From positions 1,384,001 through 1,448,000 of the forward strand of contig OY282368.1 of NCBI GenBank assembly GCA_958295725.1: 64,000 nucleotides of DNA. Reading direction: 5' to 3'. Origin of the DNA: an uncultured Alphaproteobacteria bacterium. Its GTDB lineage: Bacteria; Pseudomonadota; Alphaproteobacteria; UBA2966. The first letter of the stretch is position 1. Each line of letters opens with the position of its first letter. Positions 53,237 through 64,000 of the stretch are shown here, one piece after another. A model generated the notes under the pieces. It did not search any database, was not told where the DNA came from, and saw only the letters and a list, made by a program, of their open reading frames with translations. The translations under genes and the position numbers were made by a program.

Positions 53237-53352
53237 AGGTATTTTTTATTTCCGATAATATACATTATGCGACATTTTGAATTCCCTCCGCCGCGGACGA
53301 CAAGTGTCGGGCCGTGGTTGCACGCTTCCGGTCCAGCCTCGATAATCGCCTC

Positions 53353-54210
53353 ATGAACGTCTTCCCCGAAGCTGGCGACATTCGCCGACTCCTCGATATC
53401 ATGGCCAAACTTCGCGATCCGGACGGCGGATGCCCCTGGGACCTCGAGCAGTCCTTCGAGACCATCGCGCCCTACACCATCGAAGAGGCATACGAGGTCG
53501 TGGACGCAATCGAGAACGGTGATATGAGGCGTCTGCGCGACGAGCTCGGGGATTTGCTCCTTCAGGTCGTTTTCCACGCCCAGATGTCACGCGAAACGGG
53601 CGGCTTCGATTTCGACGGCGTCGTGGCCGGAGTCAGCGACAAGATGATCCGCAGACACCCCCATGTCTTCGGCGGCGACGATGTGGCAGACGCTGAAACA
53701 CAGACGCTGGCGTGGGAAACCCACAAGGCGCGGGAGCGGGAGACACGCGCCAGCGCGGAAGGACGCCGGGCCAGCGTCCTCGATGACGTCGCACGCGGAC
53801 TCCCCGCCCTGCTGCGGGCGCAAAAGTTGCAGAAACGTGCGGCGCGGGTCGGGTTCGACTGGACCACGACGGACGATGTCATCGCGAAAATAGAGGAAGA
53901 GCTCGTCGAACTCCGGCAGGCCGTGTCGGAGAAGAGAGAAAACGAGGAGTTGCGGGACAAGGAAGCGATTTCGGCGGAGTTCGGCGACCTTCTGTTCTCG
54001 ACCGTCAACCACGCCCGGCACCTGGGTGTGGACCCGGAATCCGCGCTCCGCCACGCGAATACGAAATTCGAGCGGCGTTTCCGCCAAGTGGAGACGGAGG
54101 TGGCGTTGTCGGGACGCGATCTCGAGCGGCTCTCCCTCGCGGAATACGACGAGGCCTGGGAACGCGCCAAGAAACGGGAGCGCGGAGATTCAACCGCCAC
54201 GGAAGAGTGA
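53353..54210 (+). CDS. mazG: Nucleoside triphosphate pyrophosphohydrolase MazG
   Basis: LRDPDGGCPWDLEQSFETIAPYTIEEAYEVVDAIE and the second MazG repeat EFGDLLFSTVNHARHLGVDPE. Confidence 0.85.
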   Translation: MNVFPEAGDIRRLLDIMAKLRDPDGGCPWDLEQSFETIAPYTIEEAYEVVDAIENGDMRRLRDELGDLLLQVVFHAQMSRETGGFDFDGVVAGVSDKMIRRHPHVFGGDDVADAETQTLAWETHKARERETRASAEGRRASVLDDVARGLPALLRAQKLQKRAARVGFDWTTTDDVIAKIEEELVELRQAVSEKRENEELRDKEAISAEFGDLLFSTVNHARHLGVDPESALRHANTKFERRFRQVETEVALSGRDLERLSLAEYDEAWERAKKRERGDSTATEE

Positions 54211-54977
54211 AAATGACCGACGTATCCAACGATGTGGTCTTCGTCACGGGCGCGACCTCCGGCATGGGGGCGGCCATTGCCCGCAGATTCATCGACGAAG
54301 GCGCCCGTGTCGTCGCAACCGGCCGTCGCGCGGACCGGCTCGATGCTCTGCGGGACGAACTCGGCAGCCGCCTGCACGCGGCTACGCTCGATGTTCGCGA
54401 CCGGGATGCCGTGCAGCAATGCGTAGCCGCCCTGCCCCGGGATTTCGCCGAAATATCGGTACTGGTCAACAACGCCGGGCTGTCGCTCGGCGGTGGGAAG
54501 TTTCACGAGGACAGTCTCGACGACATGCTGACGATGGTCGACACCAATATCAAAGGCGTCATCCACGTGACCCGCGCGATTCTCCCGGGCATGATCCAAC
54601 GGGACCGGGGCCACGTCTTCAACATCGGTTCCGTCGGCGGCGTCTATGCGACGCCGGGAAACAGCGTCTATGGCTCGACCAAGTCGTTCCTGCATCTGTT
54701 CACGCTCGACCTGCGGGCGGAGCTGTTGGGGCATCATGTCCGCGTGACGGTGCTCGAGCCGGGCGCCGTGGAAACCGAATTCTTCGAGGTTCGGGCCCGT
54801 GGCGACAAATCCGCCCTGGAGGATTTCAAGCGCGGTTTCCGAATGATCACGGCCGAGGAGTTCTCGGATATCCTGTTCTACGCATACGCCCTGCCCCCGC
54901 ACGTGAACGCCAACATCATCGAAATCATGCCGACCGACCAGAACTGGAACCGAGTGGCGATTCATCGGACGACGTGA
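54207..54977 (+). CDS. SDR family NAD(P)-dependent oxidoreductase (YdfG-like), paralog A
   Basis: VFVTGATSGMGAA and YGSTKSF motifs. Confidence 0.8.
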   Translation: MKMTDVSNDVVFVTGATSGMGAAIARRFIDEGARVVATGRRADRLDALRDELGSRLHAATLDVRDRDAVQQCVAALPRDFAEISVLVNNAGLSLGGGKFHEDSLDDMLTMVDTNIKGVIHVTRAILPGMIQRDRGHVFNIGSVGGVYATPGNSVYGSTKSFLHLFTLDLRAELLGHHVRVTVLEPGAVETEFFEVRARGDKSALEDFKRGFRMITAEEFSDILFYAYALPPHVNANIIEIMPTDQNWNRVAIHRTT

Positions 54978-55002
54978 CGCGCGGAGGCCTGGAGACACCG
55001 AT

Positions 55003-55767
55003 ATGGCACCAGAAGACATGATCGTTTTCATCACCGGCGCCACGTCGGGCTTCGGCGCGGCGGCGGCGCGGCGCTTCGTCTCGGAAGGCGCGAAAGTCAT
55101 CGCCACCGGCCGCCGCGCGGACCGATTGGAGGCGTTGGCGGACGAGCTCGGGGGCGCTTGTCATCCCCTGCCCCTCGACGTCACGAACCACGAAGGCGTG
55201 CGAGCGGCGGTCGACGGCCTACCCGATGCGTTCCGGGAGATCTCCGTGCTGGTCAACAATGCCGGCGCGGCGCTCGGCCTGGGGCCCGCGTACGAAGCCG
55301 ACATAAACCTGTGGCGGAGAATGCTGGATACGAACATCAACGGGGTCGTCTACTGCACCCACGCGATCCTTCCCGGCATGGTGGAACGCAACCGCGGCCA
55401 TATCGTCAACATCGGTTCGGTCGGTGGCCGACAGCCCAACCCGGGAAGCAACATCTATGGCGGGACCAAGGCCTTCGTGCATCTGTTCTCGAAAAACGTG
55501 CGGGCGGAGTGCTTCGGCAAGGAGATCCGGGTCACCTGCGTCGAGCCCGGAGTCGCACGATCGGAATTCAACCTGGTGCGCTACGACGGGGATGCGGCGA
55601 AAGCGGAGGCCGGCTACGAGGGTCTCGAAGTCCTGACCCCGGAGAATATCGCCGATGTCATCTACTACTGCGTCGCCCTCCCCGATCACATCAACATCAA
55701 CGTCATCCAGTTGATGCCCGTGATGCAGGCCTACTCGTCCTGGAACCTCTACCGACGGGAGGAATAG
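55003..55767 (+). CDS. SDR family NAD(P)-dependent oxidoreductase (YdfG-like), paralog B
   Basis: VFITGATSGFGAA and YGGTKAF motifs. Clearly paralogous to the preceding gene. Confidence 0.8.
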   Translation: MAPEDMIVFITGATSGFGAAAARRFVSEGAKVIATGRRADRLEALADELGGACHPLPLDVTNHEGVRAAVDGLPDAFREISVLVNNAGAALGLGPAYEADINLWRRMLDTNINGVVYCTHAILPGMVERNRGHIVNIGSVGGRQPNPGSNIYGGTKAFVHLFSKNVRAECFGKEIRVTCVEPGVARSEFNLVRYDGDAAKAEAGYEGLEVLTPENIADVIYYCVALPDHININVIQLMPVMQAYSSWNLYRREE

Positions 55768-55845
55768 GGGGGAAGCCGGCGCCGAACTCGGCGTCGTCTG
55801 TCGACCGTCCGGGACCCGGCATCCATCCATCCATCCGTCGCAACG

Positions 55846-55875
55846 GGAAAGGGCCACCGTTCGGTGGCCCTTTCC
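55846..55875. terminator. Bidirectional intrinsic-terminator-like hairpin between the convergent SDR and groEL genes
   Basis: Perfect 13-bp stem GGAAAGGGCCACC / GGTGGCCCTTTCC with a GTTC loop. The T/A runs are part of the stem ends. Confidence 0.6.
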
Positions 55876-55897
55876 ATCGCAATTGTGCCGGTCGCGG

Positions 55898-57568
<1,671 letters not shown>

Positions 57569-57811
57569 TTATTTCAAGACATCCATCACGTCCAATTCAC
57601 GCATGATGACGAGCTCTTCGCCATCACATGGCGCGACCTCGACACCGGACCACTTCCCGAACAGGATGAGGCCCTTCATCTTCACGCCGAGAAGCGGAAG
57701 ATCGCCATCGTCGTCCCGCGCGCCAGCGCCAACCGCGAGCGCCTCGCCGTCCATCGGCTTCTCCACGCCCGCGGCGGCGAACCCCGCCGCGCAGCCACAC
57801 TGGCACTCCAA
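57569..57811 (-). pseudogene. groES: groES-like co-chaperonin gene, apparently decayed: only the C-terminal two-thirds is conserved in this frame
   Basis: VEKPMDGEALAVGAGARDDDG...ILFGKWSGVEV..DGEELVIMRELDVMDVLK aligns to GroES from the EKP motif onward. N-terminal remnants (NFSPL..RRVTIY, AGNCGIGVP) are in a different frame (57624-57899 ORF). Confidence 0.55.
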
Positions 57812-58008
57812 TCCCGCAATTGCCAGCGTATATAGTGACGCGTCGATTTTCTGTCAACGGGGAGAAATTCAAGGAGAAAGCCTCTCCGGGAAAATCCATC
57901 GAACGGCGAACCCCGCCCCCTCCCCGCTTCCGGAGTCGAGAAACGACAGGCGCGGGAGAAAGAATGCGGGGGAGCGAGCGGGTGAAATCGCCGCGCAGCG
58001 CGTCGGGG

Positions 58009-59343
58009 TCATCGAACGGTCGGCGTTTCCCCGGATTTCAAGCGATGCTCCAAACGGGCGACGTCGGGGACATCCAGTCCCACCTTCACATGAGCCAAGC
58101 CGTCCACGTCCTCGCGGCTAATCACGTTTCCGTGACGATAGAGCCAGGCGAGCGTCGCTCCATCTCCGAGCGAAATCCGCAGATCCAGCGTTCTGCGACC
58201 ACCGGACAGCGACCGGTCCATCTCCAACAGAAGTTCGTCGATCCCCTCCCCCGTGCGCGCGGAAACGGGTATCTGCCGAGGACCGGTGGCCGGCCGGGTT
58301 GTCATGGCGGCGCGCTTGTCGGGGTCCAACAGGTCGATTTTGTTGAGGGCCTCGAGCGTTCGGTCGGTCGCGTCCGCCGCGACGCCGAGCTCCTCCAGGA
58401 CGGCGAGCACATCGGCCTTTTGCCGGGTGGATTCCGGATGGGACGCGTCCCGCACGTGCACGATCAGATCCGCCTCCACGACCTCTTCCAGCGTCGCTCG
58501 GAAGGCGGCGACGAGCGCCGTCGGAAGATCGGAGATAAATCCGACCGTGTCCGACAGTATGACGCGCCGGCCACTCGGTAGCGTAATACCCCGCATCGTC
58601 GGATCCAGCGTCGCGAATAGCATGTCCTCGGCCACCACGCCGGCGTCGGTCAAGCGATTGAACACCGTCGATTTGCCCACGTTGGTGTATCCCACCAGCG
58701 CGACGATCGGATAAGGCGCTTTCTTGCGGCTAGACCGGTGGAGCCCGCGCGTCCGGGTCAACCGGCCGAGATCCCGCTTCAAGCGCGCTATTCGTTCCGC
58801 GATCTGACGGCGGTCGGCCTCGATCTGAGTCTCGCCGGGACCGCCCATGAAACCGAAACCGCCACGCTGACGTTCAAGGTGCGTCCACGACCTCACCAGC
58901 CGGCTTCGCTGGTACTCCAAGGCCGCCAGATCGACTTGCAGGCGACCCTCCCGGGTTCGCGCACGGGCGCCGAATATCTCCAGGATCAGCCCGGTGCGGT
59001 CGATCACCTTGCAATTCCAGGCGCGTTCGAGATTCCGTTGCTGGATCGGACTCAACTTTCCGTCCACGACGCAGACTTCGGCGGAGAATTGGTGCGCCAA
59101 GCGTCCAATGTCCCCGACGCGTCCATCGCCGAACAGTGTCGCCGGCCGTGGCCGAGCGACGACGACCGCCTCGGAATGCATGACGACAAGCCCGATGGCC
59201 TCGGCCAGACGTGTCGCCTCCTCGGGCGCGGAAACGGCGTCCCTGACCGAATTGGAACCGTCGCGCGCCCTGTTCAGGCGCGGAAGAAAAACCAGGGCGG
59301 TTCCGGTCCGGATGGAACGGCCCCGGTTCGCCCCATCGCTCAC
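58009..59343 (-). CDS. hflX: GTPase HflX
   Basis: HflX N-terminal domain, G1 motif VGYTNVGKST and DTVGF motif. Immediately downstream of hfq. Confidence 0.9.
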   Translation of the reverse strand: MSDGANRGRSIRTGTALVFLPRLNRARDGSNSVRDAVSAPEEATRLAEAIGLVVMHSEAVVVARPRPATLFGDGRVGDIGRLAHQFSAEVCVVDGKLSPIQQRNLERAWNCKVIDRTGLILEIFGARARTREGRLQVDLAALEYQRSRLVRSWTHLERQRGGFGFMGGPGETQIEADRRQIAERIARLKRDLGRLTRTRGLHRSSRKKAPYPIVALVGYTNVGKSTVFNRLTDAGVVAEDMLFATLDPTMRGITLPSGRRVILSDTVGFISDLPTALVAAFRATLEEVVEADLIVHVRDASHPESTRQKADVLAVLEELGVAADATDRTLEALNKIDLLDPDKRAAMTTRPATGPRQIPVSARTGEGIDELLLEMDRSLSGGRRTLDLRISLGDGATLAWLYRHGNVISREDVDGLAHVKVGLDVPDVARLEHRLKSGETPTVR

Positions 59344-59382
59344 GGCGCCGAAGCCTTCGTCGCTCCCACCGGTGTCCGGGAT

Positions 59383-59640
59383 CTATTCTTCCTCGGCAAC
59401 GCCGGTATCCACCGGGTCGAACAGTTGAACCGGCTGGCTCGGCATCACCGTGGAGATCGCGTGCTTGTATACGAGTTGAACGTGACCGTTCCGGCGTAAC
59501 AGCACGCAGAAATTGTCGAACGAACCGATGACACCCTGAAGCTTTACCCCGTTGACCAGAAATACGGTGACCGGAACCTTGTTCTTCCGGATTTGATTGA
59601 GAAAGGTGTCTTGCAGATTTTGGCTTTTGTTCGCGGCCAT
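59383..59640 (-). CDS. hfq: RNA chaperone Hfq
   Basis: [56 protein letters not shown]. Confidence 0.95.
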   Translation of the reverse strand: MAANKSQNLQDTFLNQIRKNKVPVTVFLVNGVKLQGVIGSFDNFCVLLRRNGHVQLVYKHAISTVMPSQPVQLFDPVDTGVAEEE

Positions 59641-59786
59641 ATCTTTTCCGTCCCGTCCTCTGTGCGACCGGTCGACGCCGTCGTCGAATTCATCCGAATG
59701 GGCACTCGATCATCATGAGACTGTACCGCTCGAACCAACATATGGCGTGTCTCGATCCACGACAAGAGTCTCGACGAACGCCAGAC

Positions 59787-60638
59787 CTATCGTCCCGACA
59801 GATGTGCATCGTAAAGGTTCCGCAAGGCCTGGGTCACCGGACCCGGCACGCCAGCGCCGACCTGGACATCGTTGATTTGGACGACAGGCGTCACGGAGGA
59901 TGTCGTGCTGGTCAAAAACGCTTCGCTCGCCGCTTCCGCTTCCCCGAGGGTGAACGGTCGTTCCACGAGGCGCCGCTGTTGCTTCATCGCCAGATCGCCG
60001 ACCGCCATCCGCGTGACACCCGCGAGGATGGCGTTGTCGAGATGGCGCGTGATCAGATCTCCCGCGCGGTCGACGATCCAGGCATTGGTGGAGCTGCCTT
60101 CCGTAACGCGGTCGTCTTCATCGACCATCCAGGCTTCGTAAGCGCCAGCCTCCTTGGCCTTCTGTTTGGCGAGAATGTTCGGGAGGAGAGAGATGGATTT
60201 GATATCGCATCTCTTCCAGCGGATGTCAGGGACCGTGACAACCCTGACCCCCCTCTCGACGATGGCGGCGGGACGTGGCGGCGCGTTGCGCGCGGTCACC
60301 ACGATGGAGATCCTGCAATCGTCGGGAAAGGCGTGATCGCGCCTGGCCACGCCGCGCGTCATCTGCAAGTAGACGATTCCATTGGCGACCCGGTTGCGCC
60401 AGACGATTTCCTCAAGGACGACAGCCAGCGCGCCACGGGACATGGCCGTCTCCATGCGAAGTTCGGACAGTGATCGATCGAGCCGGTCGAGATGCGGTTC
60501 CAGGTCGGCGAGACGTCCGTCCCGCACGGCGATGACCTCGTAGACACCGTCGGCGAACTGATAACCGCGGTCCTCGATGTGAACGGCCGCGTCTGCGAAC
60601 GGCGCATATCGGCCGTTGACGTAGGCGATCCGGGACAT
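59787..60638 (-). CDS. Class IV aminotransferase (D-amino acid / branched-chain aminotransferase family)
   Basis: EDRGYQFADGVYEVI and fold-type IV body. ATG at 60638 (MSRIAYVNG). Confidence 0.8.
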   Translation of the reverse strand: MSRIAYVNGRYAPFADAAVHIEDRGYQFADGVYEVIAVRDGRLADLEPHLDRLDRSLSELRMETAMSRGALAVVLEEIVWRNRVANGIVYLQMTRGVARRDHAFPDDCRISIVVTARNAPPRPAAIVERGVRVVTVPDIRWKRCDIKSISLLPNILAKQKAKEAGAYEAWMVDEDDRVTEGSSTNAWIVDRAGDLITRHLDNAILAGVTRMAVGDLAMKQQRRLVERPFTLGEAEAASEAFLTSTTSSVTPVVQINDVQVGAGVPGPVTQALRNLYDAHLSGR

Positions 60639-60655
60639 GATCCGACTCCGTCTCG

Positions 60656-62110
60656 TTACACTCGCCGAAACGCGCCGGCGAGAAACGCCAGCAGGGCGAA
60701 TACTTCCAACCTCCCCAGGAGCATCGCCATGCATAGTGTCCACTTCGCCCCCGCCGCGAGAGCATCGTAGCCCCCTTCCCCGCCCACGGCCAATACCGCC
60801 AAGGGGCCGGTGTTGCTCAAGGCCGCCGCGCCTGCCGTGAACGCGTGATGGAATTCCAACCCGAAGAAGGAGAGCATGACACCGATGAAGCCCAGCGCGA
60901 CCGCATAGGTGCAGAAAAACGTCAAGATACCGATCAACGGCGACTCGTCCGCCGTTTGGCCCGCATAGACGATCCGCCGGACGGCGCTGGGATGGGCCAG
61001 CCGGTTCAGCTCGCGGGCCACCAGCTTGATCAGAAGGGAAAGCCTCAGCAGCTTAAGGCCTCCGGTGGTCGAACCCGTGCATCCGCCGATGAGTGCGAGC
61101 ACGGTCAGCAGTAGCGTCGCGAACAACGGCCAACTCGTGGGTTCGCCATTGTGAAACCCGGTGGTTGTCATCATGGAAACGGCGTTGAAGAGTCCCGTGC
61201 GAATCAATTCGAACGTTCCCGAATGTCCGGCCGCGAGGAGGGTCACGGCGAGCGCCGCGCTTCCCGCCAGGGCAATGGCGATGAAGTATCTCACTTCCGG
61301 GTCACTCACGTAGACCCGCCATCCCCGAGCGTGAAACAGCGCCCAATGAAAAGTGAAATTCACGGCGCCGACCATCATGAAGACGACGAGAACGGCCTCC
61401 ACAGCCGGCGAGGTCATCGATGCGAGCGAACCTTCGCGGACGGAGAAACCGCCGGTGGACAACGTACTCATCGCCAGGCAGATCGACTCGAAGATACCGA
61501 TGCCGGCGAGAAACAGGCTCAGGGCGCAGGCCGACGTCAGCGCCAGGTATATCCACCAGATGGCTTGCAGGGACTGCGCCAGTTGAACCCGAAGGTCATG
61601 GCGCTCACCGCGGGGCATGGCGCTACGGAACAGTTTCATGGCGCCGACGCTGTAGAAGGACAGCAGGACGACCGTCAGCATCAGGGTGCCGAGGCCCCCG
61701 AGCCATTGCAGCAGCGCCCGCCAGACGAGGACGCTGCGTTCGACGACCTCCAGCTCGGTAAGAACCGTCGCGCCCGTGGTGGTGAGGCCCGACATCGCCT
61801 CGAAATATGCGTCGGTCGCCGTCGGCGTGACACCGATGTAATACAGGGGCAACGCCCCGAAAAACGGCAGGACCAGCCAGACCAGAACCGCCAGCGCGAA
61901 GGCCTCTCGCTGATTGGGCCGCCGCGATATGCCGCGCGTAGCGGCGACGAGGGCGCCACCCGCGAACAAGGTCACGCCGGCGGAGACCAGAAAGACCCAC
62001 GCCTGATCGGTTTCCGCGTATCCGAAGGCCACGAACGCCGGCGCCAGCATCGTCAGGGCGAACCCCGCCAGCGTCCATCCCAAGGTGGACAGTGCGACTA
62101 CGTACACCAT
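60656..62110 (-). CDS. trkH: Potassium uptake protein TrkH
   Basis: 484-aa polytopic TrkH-type protein with repeated MSGLTTTGATV/STGGFS/MTTTGF selectivity-filter-like motifs. Adjacent to trkA. Confidence 0.85.
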   Translation of the reverse strand: MVYVVALSTLGWTLAGFALTMLAPAFVAFGYAETDQAWVFLVSAGVTLFAGGALVAATRGISRRPNQREAFALAVLVWLVLPFFGALPLYYIGVTPTATDAYFEAMSGLTTTGATVLTELEVVERSVLVWRALLQWLGGLGTLMLTVVLLSFYSVGAMKLFRSAMPRGERHDLRVQLAQSLQAIWWIYLALTSACALSLFLAGIGIFESICLAMSTLSTGGFSVREGSLASMTSPAVEAVLVVFMMVGAVNFTFHWALFHARGWRVYVSDPEVRYFIAIALAGSAALAVTLLAAGHSGTFELIRTGLFNAVSMMTTTGFHNGEPTSWPLFATLLLTVLALIGGCTGSTTGGLKLLRLSLLIKLVARELNRLAHPSAVRRIVYAGQTADESPLIGILTFFCTYAVALGFIGVMLSFFGLEFHHAFTAGAAALSNTGPLAVLAVGGEGGYDALAAGAKWTLCMAMLLGRLEVFALLAFLAGAFRRV

Positions 62111-62131
62111 GGGGAACCGCCGGAGAGTCCC

Positions 62132-63508
62132 TCAAAAATACTCGAGACGCACGGAGAACATTTTCTCAAAATGTCTGACCCGCTTGGCGGTCGTGAAGAC
62201 CACTACCCGGTCCTTGGGCTGGATCACCGTGCCGCCCCTGGGAATGATGACTTCGTCGCCGCGAATCACCGCCCCCACGATCATGTCGCCCGGGAGGTTC
62301 GCGTCCCTGATCGGAATACCGACCATAGACGAGGTCTCCATGGCCTCCGCTTCGATGATTTCGGCCAGCCCGTCCCCAAGGCTGTGGACTCCACGAATGC
62401 GGCCGCGCCTCACGTACTGGAGGATTCGCGACACCGTGATGGCTCGGGGATTGACCATCACGTCAATTCCCAACGATGTCAGCAGCGGTTCGAACGTCAC
62501 GTTGTTGACCAGCGTGATGGCCCGCTTGCAACCTTCGTTCTTCGCGAGCAGCGACGCCAGGATGTTGACCTCGTCGTCGTTGGTTACCGCCACGATCGTT
62601 TCCGTGGCTTGCACGTTGGCCTCGTTGAGCATGTCACGGTCCAGGACATCGCCGTGCAGGACCACCGTTCGCCGCAACCGTTCGGCGATCTCGCCCGCGC
62701 GTTCCCGGTTGTGCTCGACGATCTTGGAAGAAACCCTGGAATGGGACTCCTCGATTTCCCTGGCGAGCGACAGGCCGACGTTGCCGCCGCCGACGATCAG
62801 CACCCGGCGCGCCTCGACTTCCTCGTGTCCGAATGCCGTCAGGGCGCGCGGCACGTGATCGACTTCGGCCGCGAAGTAGACCTCGTCGCCGACGGACATC
62901 GAGCTGTCTCCCGACAACACCATGACTTCCCGGTCGCGGGTGATGCCCATGACCCGGATGTGCAGGTCGGGAAACAACTCGGTCAGCCGCCGTAGCGGCG
63001 TGTCGACGACAGGACACCCTTCGTCGAGGCGTGTCGCGATCACTTGCACCCTGCCCTCCGCGAACGGAACCATGTCGATCGCCCCGGGGACCTGCAGACG
63101 GCGCATGACGGCACGGGCGACCTCGATCTCTGGAGAGATGGTCACGTCGATGGGCAGATTCTCGCGAGTGAACAGATCGCTCCACACGGGATCGAGATAA
63201 TTCTGGGCCCGAATGCGGGCGATCTTCGTGGGAACGTCGAAGAGGCTGTGCGCGACCTGGCATGCGATCATGTTGACTTCATCGCGCTGCGTGACGGCGA
63301 TGATGACATCGGCTCCGCCCGCGTCGGCGGCGTCGAGCACATCCGGATGGGATGCGAACCCGACGATACCTTGAACGTCCAGTTGATCGCTGACCCGCTT
63401 GACGAGCTCGGGCGATTGATCGATGACCGTCACGTCGTTCTTCTCGCTCGACAGGTACCGGGCGATGTTGAAGCCGACCAGGCCAGCTCCGCACACGATG
63501 ACTTTCAT
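62132..63508 (-). CDS. trkA: Potassium uptake protein TrkA (two RCK/NAD-binding modules)
   Basis: MKVIVCGAGLVGFNIA and VLIVGGGNVGLSLA Rossmann motifs. 458 aa. Confidence 0.9.
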   Translation of the reverse strand: MKVIVCGAGLVGFNIARYLSSEKNDVTVIDQSPELVKRVSDQLDVQGIVGFASHPDVLDAADAGGADVIIAVTQRDEVNMIACQVAHSLFDVPTKIARIRAQNYLDPVWSDLFTRENLPIDVTISPEIEVARAVMRRLQVPGAIDMVPFAEGRVQVIATRLDEGCPVVDTPLRRLTELFPDLHIRVMGITRDREVMVLSGDSSMSVGDEVYFAAEVDHVPRALTAFGHEEVEARRVLIVGGGNVGLSLAREIEESHSRVSSKIVEHNRERAGEIAERLRRTVVLHGDVLDRDMLNEANVQATETIVAVTNDDEVNILASLLAKNEGCKRAITLVNNVTFEPLLTSLGIDVMVNPRAITVSRILQYVRRGRIRGVHSLGDGLAEIIEAEAMETSSMVGIPIRDANLPGDMIVGAVIRGDEVIIPRGGTVIQPKDRVVVFTTAKRVRHFEKMFSVRLEYF

Positions 63509-63532
63509 GGATCAGGCCCGCCCGCCGTGGGT

Positions 63533-64000
63533 TCAGGCGACGCGGTGAGTTCCGTCGCCGCCGACCCCAAGGGTCTTCAACTTGCGATGAAGCGCCGACC
63601 GTTCCATGCCCACGAAGCCCGCCGTTCGAGAGATATTCCCGCGGAATCGCGTGATCTGGGCCGCGAGATACTCGCGTTCGAATACCTCGCGCGCCTCGCG
63701 GAGGGGCATGGCCATGATCTCTTCGCGACCATTGAACGTGATGGCCGATTGGGTCCCCGTCATGTACTCCGGCGGTAACTCGTCGACCCGGATGACCCTG
63801 TCGGACTGATCCGACGCCATGATCAGAAGGCGTTCGATCAGGTTCCTCAGTTCGCGCACGTTCCCGGGCCATTCGTAGGCCTGCAGGATCGCCAGCGCGT
63901 CTTCGCTGATTTCGCACGGGGTGAGGCCCGATGCTTTGGCGATACGCTCGAGAAAGTAGCGCGCGAGGATGGGAACATCGCCACGGCGATCCTTCAGCGA
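63533..64000 (-). CDS. ntrX: Sigma-54-interaction-type response regulator, C-terminal part (NtrX-like); 5' end outside the window
   Basis: WPGNVRELRNLIERLLI and Fis-type HTH ISRTAGFVGMERSALHRKLKTLGV. Frame is open to the window edge. The ntrX assignment rests on the alphaproteobacterial ntrYX-trkA synteny. Confidence 0.65.
   Translation of the reverse strand, partial: SLKDRRGDVPILARYFLERIAKASGLTPCEISEDALAILQAYEWPGNVRELRNLIERLLIMASDQSDRVIRVDELPPEYMTGTQSAITFNGREEIMAMPLREAREVFEREYLAAQITRFRGNISRTAGFVGMERSALHRKLKTLGVGGDGTHRVA

Noticed and set aside
53225-53290. AT-rich hairpin GAAATAAA-N7-TTTATTTC overlapping the tatD stop, as a possible terminator or regulatory element
   Set aside because: The stem is A/T only, with weak predicted stability. 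It more likely reflects an AT-rich promoter region for mazG and cannot be supported further by eye.
55821-55836. (ATCC)4 microsatellite downstream of the second SDR gene
   Set aside because: Short, intergenic and not positioned in a promoter or coding frame. No evident function.

Overview
High-GC (mid-60s % by eye) chromosomal segment. Conserved gene orders (mltB-rlpA-dacC-tmk-holB-metG-tatD-mazG and hflX-hfq-dat-trkH-trkA-ntrX on the minus strand) look alphaproteobacterial, possibly Rhodospirillales-like; that assignment is inference. The backbone encodes transport and catabolism: a Liv-type ABC system, a TRAP system, a Dpp-type ABC system, four Rieske oxygenases, SDRs and a bicupin, plus housekeeping genes. 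Several accessory patches interrupt it. (1) An IS256 remnant sits next to a 1545-aa autotransporter with five tandem ~117-aa repeats and a C13 homopolymer about 43 bp upstream of its start. (2) A low-GC island (~14.7-20.15 kb) lies beside a 5'-truncated tyrosine integrase. It carries a fused DUF559-like nuclease/SF2 helicase gene translationally coupled to a beta-class DNA methyltransferase, a 575-bp GC-rich non-coding spacer, and a convergent orphan with a similar nuclease-like motif. This is my best candidate for an undescribed defence or R-M-like system. (3) A decayed patch (24.0-26.2 kb) holds an orphan type I-E-like CRISPR mini-array abutted by an internally deleted IS5-family element, a multiply frameshifted DUF559 pseudogene, a small coiled-coil membrane protein with 21-bp repeats, a low-GC orphan and an IS1595 fragment. 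(4) A ~125-bp x 7.2 near-perfect non-coding tandem array (31.1-32.0 kb) follows a strongly AT-rich, inverted-repeat-rich segment. (5) A 2.47-kb IS1595-family element carrying a Cys-rich HNH endonuclease passenger gene is inserted 10 nt upstream of rlpA. (6) An apparently decayed groES lies upstream of an intact groEL. I recognised no tRNA or rRNA gene by eye. All functional calls come from motif or family recognition in the translated ORFs; no database search was run.
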